Positions 17,645 to 26,611 of a stretch of 64,000 nucleotides of DNA are shown here, piece by piece (the stretch's first letter is position 1; every line of letters starts with the position of its first letter). Below the pieces are notes generated by a model that saw only the letters and a list, made by a program, of their open reading frames with translations, did not search any database and was not told the DNA's origin. This DNA comes from an uncultured Clostridia bacterium (GTDB lineage Bacteria > Bacillota > Clostridia > Christensenellales > UBA3700), in the NCBI GenBank assembly GCA_947246685.1, contig CAMXSN010000002.1:21485-85484 (forward strand). The letters run 5' to 3'. The position numbers and the translations under genes are program-made.

Positions 17645-17709
17645 GTGCAACCCTATGGGGATGTTTTCCTTTCAAGACTACCTCGTTATGACCGCTTCGA
17701 TATGCTTCC
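17645..17709 (-). pseudogene. decayed tRNA-Ser fragment (5' half only)
   Basis: The minus strand reads GGAAGCATATCGAAGCGGTCATAACGAGGTAGTCTTGAAA and matches the first 40 nt or so of the intact tRNA-Ser with a few mismatches. The anticodon stem no longer pairs, and there is no T-arm or acceptor 3' strand. Confidence 0.6.
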
Positions 17710-17799
17710 GTAAGGGCAGATTGTAATCTGTCGTGATTATTGAGTAATTATATTATAAGTTTTAAGGGCGAGTTTGTCAATAAAACGCGCGCCTAAGCG

Positions 17800-18324
17800 T
17801 CAAAGTTCATCTTCATCGTCGGCATCTTCTTCGTCCTCGTCGTCTATATCGGACGTGTCGACGTCGTCGATATTGTAATTGAAATCGTCCTCGAAATCGT
17901 CTTTGACTTCTTCGATTTCTTCCTCGTCTTCTTCGTCGTTTGAAAAATCGTCTTTGTCAAAGTCGTTGGCAGAGAAATCATCCTGGTCGTCGAAGGCGTC
18001 GTCATACATATCAAACTTTTCTTCCTCTTCGATTTCGTCAAAGGAGATCTTTTCGATATCGTCTTCCATTTCGTTTTCGGACGTAACGGTGTCGCTTTCG
18101 TAAATATCGGTTTCGCCTTGTTGCTTAGTCTTGCAATCGGCGCACATTTTTTCGCCGCGGTCGATATAATTTATGCCGCAAACGGGGCAGAGCATTTCGT
18201 CGTCCTCGTCTTCAAGCAAAGTAAAGCCTTCCATACCGAGTTCTGCTTTGCACACGTCGCAGTACTCGTTTTCTGCGAGAATCCAATTGAGTTCGCATCT
18301 CGGACATTTAATATATTTTCCCAT
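17800..18324 (-). CDS. double zinc-ribbon protein with an extremely acidic (D/E-rich) C-terminal tail
   Basis: I place the start at the internal Met (MGKYIKCPRCE...), which is preceded by AGGAGG. Two CxxC...CxxC pairs are present (CPRC..CDVC; CPVC..CADC). About 110 aa of D/E-rich sequence follows. Confidence 0.7.
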   Translation of the reverse strand: MGKYIKCPRCELNWILAENEYCDVCKAELGMEGFTLLEDEDDEMLCPVCGINYIDRGEKMCADCKTKQQGETDIYESDTVTSENEMEDDIEKISFDEIEEEEKFDMYDDAFDDQDDFSANDFDKDDFSNDEEDEEEIEEVKDDFEDDFNYNIDDVDTSDIDDEDEEDADDEDEL

Positions 18325-18538
18325 AAATCCTCCTAGGCAACGTGAAGAAGATATGCCTTCAATGTTTAGTATTATATGCATAAATTTCTGATTTGTAAAC
18401 ACTTTTTCTTAAAAAATATTAAAAATTTTATATAACGAATAATCGGATAAAAAACATGCGTATAAAAACGCATGTTCAAGCAACTTGATTTGATTGAACG
18501 GAAGCGCTTTGCACAGTGAAAACCGGCTTTTCAATGGC

Positions 18539-18577
18539 AAAACAGAGACGGGGAAGAATCTTCTCCGTCTCTGTTTT
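18539..18577 (-). terminator. rho-independent terminator downstream of spo0A
   Basis: Inverted repeat AAAACAGAGACGG / CCGTCTCTGTTTT around a 13-nt loop. On the minus strand the stem runs into TTTT. Confidence 0.6.
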
Positions 18578-18672
18578 AGGGTGTTATATGGATGGTGCAT
18601 TACGTCGTAATATTATACTCGCGCTATCGGCGCCGTATTGCGCCTTAAAGCGACGAAAACGCTTTGGGCTTA

Positions 18673-19461
18673 TCAAGCGCCTTCCATGAGCATTTTGTCG
18701 GCGAGAAGCGCGATAAACTCGCCGTTGGTCGGCTTGTCGTTGGCAGTATATATCTTTATGCCGAAAATATTATTGATATTTTCAATCTTTCCGCGATTCC
18801 AAGCTACTTCTATCGCGTGGCGAATAGCGCGTTCAACCTTGGACGGGGACGTCTCGAATTTATTTGCAATAGACGGATACAGTTTTTTGGTGATGCTATT
18901 GATTATTTCCGGACTGTCGATAGCCATTTTGATAGCTTCTCTCAAAAATTGATATCCTTTTATATGCGCGGGGATTCCGACTGATATGAAAATATTGGCG
19001 AGTTTTTCATCGAGGTTACGCTGCGATCTTTTGACTGCCTGCTGAATGAGTCTGTCGTCGAGCACAGTGGATTTTTTAGTAACTGTGACGCCGCCGAATT
19101 CTTTGACTCTGTCTTTGAGCATTTGCATATTTACCGGCTTGACTAGGTAATAGCTTGCGCCGAGCGTAATAGCTTTATTGATAAAGTTTTCGCCGATAAG
19201 CTGAGACGTCACGATAAAATTGGGTTTTGAAGTCATATTGTTGTAATCGAGGTTGGATAGCACTCCAAAACCGTCGACTTCCGGCATTACCAAATCAAGT
19301 ATAACCACGTCGGGGTTAAAAGATTCTATTTTATGAATAGCTTCCAAGCCGTCGCTTGCGCTGCCTATTACTTCTACTTCTTCGTCGTCAAAATAACTTT
19401 CTCTAACGTTGTTTACAAATTCTTCGCTGTCGTCTACAATCAGCAATTTGATTTTTTTCAT
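18673..19461 (-). CDS. spo0A: sporulation master response regulator Spo0A
   Basis: N-terminal receiver domain (KLLIVDDS ... DVVILDLVMPEVDG). The C-terminal Spo0A-specific domain carries HIKGYQFLREAI and SKVERAIRHAIEVAWNRG. I chose the start at MKKIKLL after GGAGGAA. Confidence 0.92.
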   Translation of the reverse strand: MKKIKLLIVDDSEEFVNNVRESYFDDEEVEVIGSASDGLEAIHKIESFNPDVVILDLVMPEVDGFGVLSNLDYNNMTSKPNFIVTSQLIGENFINKAITLGASYYLVKPVNMQMLKDRVKEFGGVTVTKKSTVLDDRLIQQAVKRSQRNLDEKLANIFISVGIPAHIKGYQFLREAIKMAIDSPEIINSITKKLYPSIANKFETSPSKVERAIRHAIEVAWNRGKIENINNIFGIKIYTANDKPTNGEFIALLADKMLMEGA

Positions 19462-19503
19462 ATCATTCCTCCGCAAATTCTTTTAAGTATCTACATTTTA
19501 TTA

Positions 19504-19550
19504 TGTCGCAAATATTCTTTCAATGTAACGGCGGGTCGAAAAATGTCGTT
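19504..19550. promoter_or_regulatory. three 0A-box-like heptamers in the spo0A upstream region
   Basis: TGTCGCA (19504-19510), GGTCGAA (19534-19540) and TGTCGTT (19544-19550) resemble the Bacillus 0A-box consensus TGNCGAA. Confidence 0.3.
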
Positions 19551-19644
19551 TTAATAAAAATAAGGTCAAAATGAACGCATTTAAGATTATTTTAACGTAT
19601 AAAAATCGCTTTTATAATTTTTTCATATATGCTATAATGCTTGT

Positions 19645-19959
19645 ATGGAAACTAATGAGATATTAAAAAAGCTGCGAAATATCAACAGAATCAGTCAAAA
19701 GCAACTGGCGGACGATCTCGGAATCGGGCAGGCTACGGTATGCCAATGGGAAAAGGGGATATCCAAGCCAACGTGCGACACGATAGCGGCGCTCGCTCAG
19801 TATTACGAGGTCACGGCTGATTTTATTCTCGGGCTTTCGGACGAAGGCGACAGACAGCTCAACAAAGAGCAAGAGGCGTTTTTGGGGTTGTTTGACAACC
19901 TCACTTCCGTGCAGAAAGAATTGATCATAGGCATAATGATGCAAATGAAAGATTTATAA
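19645..19959 (+). CDS. XRE-family helix-turn-helix transcriptional regulator
   Basis: 104 aa. Contains ISQKQLADDLGIGQATVCQWEKG, the canonical Cro/C1-type HTH. Confidence 0.8.
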   Translation: METNEILKKLRNINRISQKQLADDLGIGQATVCQWEKGISKPTCDTIAALAQYYEVTADFILGLSDEGDRQLNKEQEAFLGLFDNLTSVQKELIIGIMMQMKDL

Positions 19960-19963
19960 CCGT

Positions 19964-20000
19964 GTCAATCGATTGACATTTGGCTTTGGCGGAGTATAAT
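19964..20000 (+). promoter_or_regulatory. near-consensus sigma-A promoter overlapped by a perfect 14-nt palindrome (candidate operator)
   Basis: Palindrome GTCAATCGATTGAC at 19964-19977. TTGACA (19973-19978), a 16-nt spacer, then TATAAT (19995-20000). It lies just upstream of the AEC transporter gene and just downstream of the XRE gene. Confidence 0.55.
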
Positions 20001-20038
20001 TTATGCGTGACGGCTAAGACCGCGCGCAAAAGGTGGAT

Positions 20039-20983
20039 ATGCAGGAATTCAAGACAACTCTTATAATGGTGGGCATAATGCTGGTGTATGCTGTGCCCGG
20101 ATATATATTAATAAAAGTAAAAGCGGTAAAGTCGGAAAGCATATCTTCGTTTTCTAAGGTATTGTTGTTCGTATGTCAACCGGCATTGACGCTGTATTCT
20201 TTTAATAAGGCAGATTTCAGCAAACAGCTCGGCATAAACCTATTGATTTTTCTTGCTATAATTACTGTGGCGCAATTGGCGTTTATAGGCGTATTTTATT
20301 TAATATTCCGTAAGAAAATGGACGACGTAAGATACAGGATTACCACGGTTGCCACGACGCTATCCAACTGTTCTTTTTTGGGAGTGCCTTTATTGGAGGC
20401 TATTTTTCCCGATTCGCCCAACGTGGCGGTATATTCGATGATGTATTTTCTGTCCATGAGCCTTCTCGGTTGGACGCTCGTATCGGCTATTATCACGCGC
20501 GATAAAAAATATATCAATATCAAAAAGATACTTATCAATCCCGCGACGCTGTCAATTGCAATTTCACTTCCGTTTTTCTTCACTGGATACAAGATAGGAT
20601 TTGAGAACGGCGAATTGGCGGGGCAGATCGAAAGGATGATAGATATATTGGGCAAGATGACAACTCCGCTATGTATGCTTGTGATGGGTATGCGCCTTGC
20701 GACGGTCAAATTCAAGAGTTTGTTTACCAATTGGATGCAATATTTTGCGATTGCGATAAATCAAATAGTATTTCCCCTGTGCGTCTTGGGCGCACTGTGG
20801 TTGTTGGGAGTCGACGCGGAGCTCAGAGTATGTATGTTTATAATGTGCGCGTGTCCCGTAGCTGCAGTGGTGCAAAATTATGCGGAAATATTAGGCGAAG
20901 GACAGGATACAGCCGCCAATATGGTCTTACTTGGCACAATGTCGTCAATCGTCACTTTGCCTCTGATGGCGTTGTTGATTTAG
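20039..20983 (+). CDS. AEC (auxin efflux carrier) family transporter
   Basis: Polytopic membrane protein of about 314 aa with the typical AEC N-terminus (VPGYILIK ... SKVLLFVCQPALTLYSF). The start could be GTG 20033 or ATG 20039. Confidence 0.8.
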   Translation: MQEFKTTLIMVGIMLVYAVPGYILIKVKAVKSESISSFSKVLLFVCQPALTLYSFNKADFSKQLGINLLIFLAIITVAQLAFIGVFYLIFRKKMDDVRYRITTVATTLSNCSFLGVPLLEAIFPDSPNVAVYSMMYFLSMSLLGWTLVSAIITRDKKYINIKKILINPATLSIAISLPFFFTGYKIGFENGELAGQIERMIDILGKMTTPLCMLVMGMRLATVKFKSLFTNWMQYFAIAINQIVFPLCVLGALWLLGVDAELRVCMFIMCACPVAAVVQNYAEILGEGQDTAANMVLLGTMSSIVTLPLMALLI

Positions 20984-21096
20984 AAAGTAAGGGAAATAAT
21001 CGAAAAAAGACTTGCTATGGAAATGCCCCTTCTTACGTTGTGTACAGCTTTTTGGGGTGATAGCATTATAGCAAGTCATTTTATAATAGAGATTTG

Positions 21097-21711
21097 TTAA
21101 AACAAGTCCTTTCTCAATTTGACGGAATCTTGCGGAGTCAGCTTGCGTATGACTTTGCAAGGCACTCCTGCAGCAACCACTCCGGAGGGGATGTCCTTTG
21201 TCACGACGCTTCCGCTGCCTATGACCGCGTTGTCACCGATAGTTACTCCGCCGTTGACGATTACGCCGCTCGCCAGCCAAACGTTGTTGCCGATAGTTAT
21301 CGGGCGGGCGTATTCAAGGTCGTAATAGCCGTCGGAGTATTGTTGAATAGCGCGTTCTTCTGGGAGCAAAGGATGCACGGGCGTAGCTATTGTGACGTTG
21401 GGACCGAACATGACGTTGTCTCCGATTGTCACCGGCGCGACGTCGAGAATGACGCTGTTGTAATTGGCGTAGAAGTTTTCGCCTATTGAAGTATTGCAAC
21501 CGTAATCGAATCTTACGTTGGGTTCGAAATAAAATTCTTTTTTGTGGTCTTTGAGCACGGAGTGCAAAAGCGCAAAGCGCGTCTCCTGTTCGTCTTCGTT
21601 GGTTTTGTTAAAATCAATACAGGCTTGTCTCACCTTTTTTCTCAGCGCGACAAGTTCCGGATCGGTGGGATTATATAGTTTGCCAGCGATCATTTTCTCT
21701 CTTTCCGTCAT
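21097..21711 (-). CDS. maa: sugar (maltose/galactoside-type) O-acetyltransferase, hexapeptide-repeat family
   Basis: 204 aa. N-terminal Mac-type region MTEREKMIAGKLYNPTDPEL. Left-handed beta-helix repeats are present (IGDNVMFGPNVTI, IGNNVWLASGVIV, IGDNAVIGSGSVV). Confidence 0.85.
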   Translation of the reverse strand: MTEREKMIAGKLYNPTDPELVALRKKVRQACIDFNKTNEDEQETRFALLHSVLKDHKKEFYFEPNVRFDYGCNTSIGENFYANYNSVILDVAPVTIGDNVMFGPNVTIATPVHPLLPEERAIQQYSDGYYDLEYARPITIGNNVWLASGVIVNGGVTIGDNAVIGSGSVVTKDIPSGVVAAGVPCKVIRKLTPQDSVKLRKDLF

Positions 21712-21976
21712 GAATCGTCTCCTTAAATTTACTTACCTGTACTATGGGCTATTGACGTCAAAGATATTTTAACAGACTGCCTTAGACAAAGTCAATACGA
21801 GCGCGCCGATTGTATCGCTATTGACTTTAATGCGTTGCAAAGGGTATAATATTATTGGGATAAATAATATACGGCAAAATGGCGGATAACGATATTTGCC
21901 TGCGAATAATATTTATCGAGGCGCGTACGGAAGCGTTGACAAGACGGATTCTCAATCGAGCTGAGCGGAGGGCGGT

Positions 21977-23371
21977 ATGAACACTGATATTCTGATAATA
22001 GGGGCGGGACCGGCAGGTATTTTTACCGCGTTGGAACTTTTGGAAAAGGGAGTCGGCAAGAAGATAACCATTGTAGAAAAAGGTTCCGCTGTGGAAGATC
22101 GAGTCTGTCCTAAGCAGAAGAGCGGTCTGTGCGCGAGCTGCAAAAATTGCGCTATCACGACGGGATTTTCGGGAGCGGGCGCGTTTTCCGACGGCAAACT
22201 GTCGTTGAGCAGCGACGTGGGCGGAGATCTTCCCGAACTTATAGGCAGAGACGTCGTAGAGCAATTAATTAGTTATACCGACGGCATTTATCTGCGCTTC
22301 GGCGCCGACGAAAAGATTGAAGGCGTCAGCGCACCCGATAAAATCAGAGAAATAAGAAAAAAGGCGATCAAAGCGGGACTTAAGCTCGTCGACTGTCCGA
22401 TACGGCATTTGGGCACTGAAAAGGCGCGAGAGTTGTATCAGGCTATCGAAAAATATCTTATAGAGAAAGGCGTAGAAATACTCTTTAGAACGGAGTGCAA
22501 AGATTTGATTATAAACGACGGAATTTGCTCGGGCGCTTCGGTGACGTCGGGGGGAAAGACGTTGGACGTATTTGCTCAAAAGACGGTGGTAGCGACGGGT
22601 AGGCGCGGAGCCGATTGGCTGGAAAACGCGTGCAGAATTCACGGAATCGATCATCAGCCCGGCACCGTGGATATCGGAGTGCGAGTTGAGGTGCGCAACG
22701 AAGTTATGGACGAGGTCAACGCCGCTCTTTACGAATCCAAATTGATAGGCTATCCCGAGCCTTTTAGGAACAAAGTACGCACGTTCTGTCAGAATCCCGG
22801 CGGATTTGTCGCGCAGGAAAATTACGACAATGCGTTGGCGGTCGTCAACGGACATTCTTACAAAGACAGGAAATCTGGGAATACCAATATTGCAATACTT
22901 TGTTCTCACAATTTCAAAGAACCGTTCAATCAGCCGATAGAATACGCAAAAAAAGTCGGAGAGCTGACCAATATGCTGGGAGCAGGGCGGATCATGGTGC
23001 AGAGATACGGCGATATACTGGCGGGTAAGAGGACTTGGCAGAGAGAACTCGACCAATCCAACGTGCGTCCCACGTTGGTCGACGCGGTTGCGGGAGACGT
23101 CACTTCGGCGATGCCGTACAGATCGATGTTGAGCATACTCAATTTCATAAAGCAGCTTGACGAAGTCGTGCCGGGATTTGCTTCTCCGGAAACGCTGCTG
23201 TATTCTCCCGAACTCAAATTTTACAGCAACAAGATCAAAATGGACGGGGATCTCAACACAAGCGTGCGCAATCTGCACTGTCTCGGGGATTCCACCGGTT
23301 GGACGAGAGGACTGATGATGGCGTCCGTAATGGGCGTATATATGGCGAGAAAGATTGCCGAAAGCAAGTGA
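21977..23371 (+). CDS. FAD-dependent oxidoreductase (uncharacterised FAD-dependent dehydrogenase family)
   Basis: 464 aa with an N-terminal dinucleotide fold ILIIGAGPAGIFTALEL. The architecture resembles COG2509-type proteins. Confidence 0.8.
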   Translation: MNTDILIIGAGPAGIFTALELLEKGVGKKITIVEKGSAVEDRVCPKQKSGLCASCKNCAITTGFSGAGAFSDGKLSLSSDVGGDLPELIGRDVVEQLISYTDGIYLRFGADEKIEGVSAPDKIREIRKKAIKAGLKLVDCPIRHLGTEKARELYQAIEKYLIEKGVEILFRTECKDLIINDGICSGASVTSGGKTLDVFAQKTVVATGRRGADWLENACRIHGIDHQPGTVDIGVRVEVRNEVMDEVNAALYESKLIGYPEPFRNKVRTFCQNPGGFVAQENYDNALAVVNGHSYKDRKSGNTNIAILCSHNFKEPFNQPIEYAKKVGELTNMLGAGRIMVQRYGDILAGKRTWQRELDQSNVRPTLVDAVAGDVTSAMPYRSMLSILNFIKQLDEVVPGFASPETLLYSPELKFYSNKIKMDGDLNTSVRNLHCLGDSTGWTRGLMMASVMGVYMARKIAESK

Positions 23372-23470
23372 CGCAAGAGTTGACGTGCGACATCAAAAAA
23401 CCGACCTTTCGGTCGGCTTTTTGCATTTCTTAGGGAAACGGTATAATAGGAAAAGTATTGAAGAAAAAGA

Positions 23471-24055
23471 TTAGGCTTCTTTGATAAGCACAACGCCTTG
23501 TTTTGCTTGACATACGGGGCAGATTTCAAAAGCCTGCTTAGAGGTGGATTCGTATCCGCAATCGGGACATTTCCACACCACGGGGACTTCGCTCTTATAG
23601 AGCTTGCCTTCTTTGAACTGTTTGTAAAGTCTCAAAAATTCCGCTTTGTGCGACGCTTCTATCTTGATAAGGTTGTTGAAAAATGCCGCTATATCGTTAA
23701 AGCCTTCTTCTTTTGCGACTTTGGCAAATTCGGGATAGAGTTGTTCCGCCTCGATACCTTCGTCTTCGGCGGCGAATTTGAGATTGTCCGCCAAGTCCCA
23801 TTTTTGACGGAAAGGATAACCGGTGCAGACTTCGATATTGTCAATCGTCCCGTCGCCTGCCGTTTGGATAAAGCTGTACATCATTCTCGAATGAGTGAAT
23901 TCTTGATAGGCTATCTTGTCAATAATGTCGGCAAGCGCCTTGTAGCCCTGTTCTCTTGCGCCGTATTCGATAAATTCATATCTTGTCCTTGCCTGACATT
24001 CTCCTGCGAAAGCTCTGGCTAAATTTTTGTAAGTTTGACTGTCTTTTAATTTCAT
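23471..24055 (-). CDS. rbr: rubrerythrin
   Basis: Ferritin-like diiron motifs (ECQARTRY, EFTHSRMM, EASH) plus a C-terminal rubredoxin-like CPDCG...CPVC. I chose the start at MKLKDSQTYKNL after GGAGGT. Confidence 0.9.
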   Translation of the reverse strand: MKLKDSQTYKNLARAFAGECQARTRYEFIEYGAREQGYKALADIIDKIAYQEFTHSRMMYSFIQTAGDGTIDNIEVCTGYPFRQKWDLADNLKFAAEDEGIEAEQLYPEFAKVAKEEGFNDIAAFFNNLIKIEASHKAEFLRLYKQFKEGKLYKSEVPVVWKCPDCGYESTSKQAFEICPVCQAKQGVVLIKEA

Positions 24056-24187
24056 TTTATTTACCTCCGCAGAGATTATTGTCCATATCGGTTGCATTTA
24101 TACGACGGCACAAGTAAATAAGGACATAATTCGCTTCGGTGTAAAATTACTATAGCGGCGTCAATACTAACGCCGCTATCAAATTGA

Positions 24188-24685
24188 TTACATAATATTT
24201 TCTAATATATATAAAGTATTATTATTCTCGCTATAAACAAAATATATTGAATTATTTATTTTTTTAATACTTTTCCAAATAAAGTTATCATCTTCAGTCG
24301 GAGTTATAATTTTATCGCAATCTAGTCCTTCTTCAGTGATAAGTTTAACAGCAGAATTATATCCTGTAATAAATTCGTCATAGTTGTCTTGCGAAAAATC
24401 TCTAAGGAATGAATCAGGTCTTTGCTCGAATTTGCAAATTGTATAGTTTTCACCGTCTCCGGTGAATCCTCCTTGCGAAGAATAATCAAACGTTACTTTT
24501 ATATTTTCGGGAAATACTATATCCCATCTTTCTTCGTAAATATCCAATTCTGTTTCCCCCATACGTTCGATATAAGACATAAGAAACATTGAACCGTAAA
24601 TGATAATAAGAATCATCAGCGCAATGACGGGAATGCCGATGATAGGTATTGTTACTCCAAGCGCAATTTTAGTACCTTTTTTCAT
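24188..24685 (-). CDS. hypothetical membrane-anchored protein
   Basis: 165-aa ORF with a single N-terminal TM segment (IALGVTIPIIGIPVIALMILIIIYGSMFLM). AT-rich. No family recognised. Confidence 0.6.
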   Translation of the reverse strand: MKKGTKIALGVTIPIIGIPVIALMILIIIYGSMFLMSYIERMGETELDIYEERWDIVFPENIKVTFDYSSQGGFTGDGENYTICKFEQRPDSFLRDFSQDNYDEFITGYNSAVKLITEEGLDCDKIITPTEDDNFIWKSIKKINNSIYFVYSENNNTLYILENIM

Positions 24686-24693
24686 AGTTTACC

Positions 24694-25848
24694 TCACTCG
24701 CATGTTATTGTTATTGTTACCGTATTAGTTGAGGATAACAACATATTTATTATAAATATATTCATATAAAATGGTGCTCCGTTGGCAACAGGCTCTATAG
24801 TTGCTGTAAATTTTAATTTTTTAGTTGTTGCGCTTGCTAACGCATATCTATCTTTTTCCCAGAACGGGCTAGTTGCATACAAGTCTGTCGCTTTTTTTGC
24901 GTTGTCTATTGTAATTGTTACTTTTGTGCAGTTTGAAAGCGATATATCAAAATAACGTTTTTCATTTTTATATAAATCAAACGTTTCTTTGTAAGAATAG
25001 TTTGGTTTCAGCGATACATCGGTAGTAAGTTCTACTGTTTGTTTGATTTTGAATGGCACAAGAGCTCCTGCTACTTCAGCCTTATGAAACAAATCCAAAA
25101 TTTTATCTAAAGTGGTTTCGGTTTGTTTTGGTTTATCAAAATCATATGTATCAATAATAGTTACAGCGCGGCTGTTTGGCATATTTTTAGTATAGGAGAA
25201 TTCTCTGATTGAAAAATACAAATCGTCATCAATAGTGGATCCGGATGTTATAAATTTGCTTTCCCCTGAAATCGATGTGCCGAATGCTAGCTTTTCAAAT
25301 ACTTTACCTGCTTTTATTATGTCTGTGCGCTGAATTTTATATAATTTTCCATATTCATCGTTATTTTTGGCAGCTAGGAGCAATTCTGATGACAAATAAT
25401 AGTCTTGAGATTCAAAGTAAGCATTTGCTAATGAAATCATCGGCGTGTATGTAGGATGTGTTTTCGCTCTCATCATCTTGCTTCTGTCGTACTCTTCATA
25501 TTTCGCGATCAAATCTTCAGTTGTGGCGATCAACGATTGCATAGTCTCCATATCATTATATTCGCCGTTTGACAACATTGTCTCATACCTTGACAGCTGA
25601 TTGTCTAATTGATCGAGGGCAGTGGTGTTGTTTTTTGCCAGCTCGTTTTCCAGCATATCCATCACTTCGTAATAAGATTGCAGATCTTCTTCTTTGACTT
25701 TTGCGTCGCCGATATTATCCGTTACTGCGTCAGCCGATGCCGAGCGCGGTCGAAAAATCGCGCCGATTGCTCCTGCGGCGAGGATGCCGAGGGTAATTGA
25801 CGCGATGAGAAGTATTGGCACAAAGTGCCGCATTTTATTTCTAAACAT
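24694..25848 (-). CDS. hypothetical secreted/membrane-anchored protein
   Basis: ORF with an N-terminal signal/anchor (HFVPILLIASITLGILAAGAIGAI). I chose the start at MFRNKMRH after GGAGGGG; the longest ORF extends to 25905. No family recognised. Confidence 0.6.
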   Translation of the reverse strand: MFRNKMRHFVPILLIASITLGILAAGAIGAIFRPRSASADAVTDNIGDAKVKEEDLQSYYEVMDMLENELAKNNTTALDQLDNQLSRYETMLSNGEYNDMETMQSLIATTEDLIAKYEEYDRSKMMRAKTHPTYTPMISLANAYFESQDYYLSSELLLAAKNNDEYGKLYKIQRTDIIKAGKVFEKLAFGTSISGESKFITSGSTIDDDLYFSIREFSYTKNMPNSRAVTIIDTYDFDKPKQTETTLDKILDLFHKAEVAGALVPFKIKQTVELTTDVSLKPNYSYKETFDLYKNEKRYFDISLSNCTKVTITIDNAKKATDLYATSPFWEKDRYALASATTKKLKFTATIEPVANGAPFYMNIFIINMLLSSTNTVTITITCE

Positions 25849-25932
25849 ATTTTCCCCTCCGAGCTTCTTTTTTTCTATTATATTATGCTCGATAACCTTT
25901 GTCAATATATTCAGAAAAAGTTTTTCGTAAAG

Positions 25933-26250
25933 TTAGCCACCTATCTTCAACATGTCTAGAATCTTCTGTTTCGGCACAACGCCCACAGAGGAGTTGACAA
26001 CTTTATTGTCTTTGATGACTACAAGCAGCGGTATGCTTGATACTTGGAATGCCGCCGCAAGCTCTCCCTCTTTGTCTACGTTGACTTTGCAGACTTTGAT
26101 ATCGTCGTTTTCTTCGGCAATTTCGTCTACTACAGGCGAGAGCATTCTGCACGGCGCGCACCAGCTTGCCCAGAAATCTATCAATACTGTCTTGTCGCAA
26201 TTAAGCGCTTCGCTGTCGAAGTTGTCTTTGTTCAATTCTATTACTTTCAT
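25933..26250 (-). CDS. trxA: thioredoxin
   Basis: 105 aa with the active site WASWCAPC and a typical thioredoxin length. Confidence 0.9.
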   Translation of the reverse strand: MKVIELNKDNFDSEALNCDKTVLIDFWASWCAPCRMLSPVVDEIAEENDDIKVCKVNVDKEGELAAAFQVSSIPLLVVIKDNKVVNSSVGVVPKQKILDMLKIGG

Positions 26251-26611
26251 AATCGTTGCTCCTGTAAGTTGATTTACCTATGTCAATTTAATTTTGTCCT
26301 TAGGCAATATTAATTATAGCATAGCAAAAACGAAAAATCACTATTTTTGCAATCGATATCGCGACGATAATAGCAGTTTATTAGAACCGCGCGTAAATAT
26401 TTGTAAAAACTTTATTTCCGTAACTTGTTGACAAAATTTTGACGCAGGGCTAAAATATAACCGAACATACATTGTAAAGATTGCGTAATATAATTTGTAA
26501 AATCTACAAGATATCTGTATGACTTATGGGAAAATAATATTGATATCGGCTGCGATATATTATAGAATATAGATGTGATCAGTCGAATACAATAGAAAGG
26601 AGGAGAAAGAA

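Noticed and set aside
17645-17709. Second tRNA gene
   Set aside because: Only the 5' half is similar to tRNA-Ser. The anticodon stem does not pair, and there is no T-arm or matching acceptor 3' strand. It is therefore called a remnant, not a functional tRNA.
17844-18391. Several 65-74-aa ORFs on both strands inside the acidic Zn-ribbon gene
   Set aside because: They are products of the GA/TC-rich low-complexity repeat that encodes the D/E tail. Their Ser/Lys-rich translations are frame artefacts.
21827-23278. Minus-strand ORFs 21827-22264 and 22265-23278 opposite the FAD-dependent oxidoreductase; likewise 29751-30581, 44234-45043 and 49674-50729 opposite DegT, iolJ and iolA
   Set aside because: The sense-strand proteins carry clear family signatures. 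The antisense translations are Arg/Ser-rich and uninformative.
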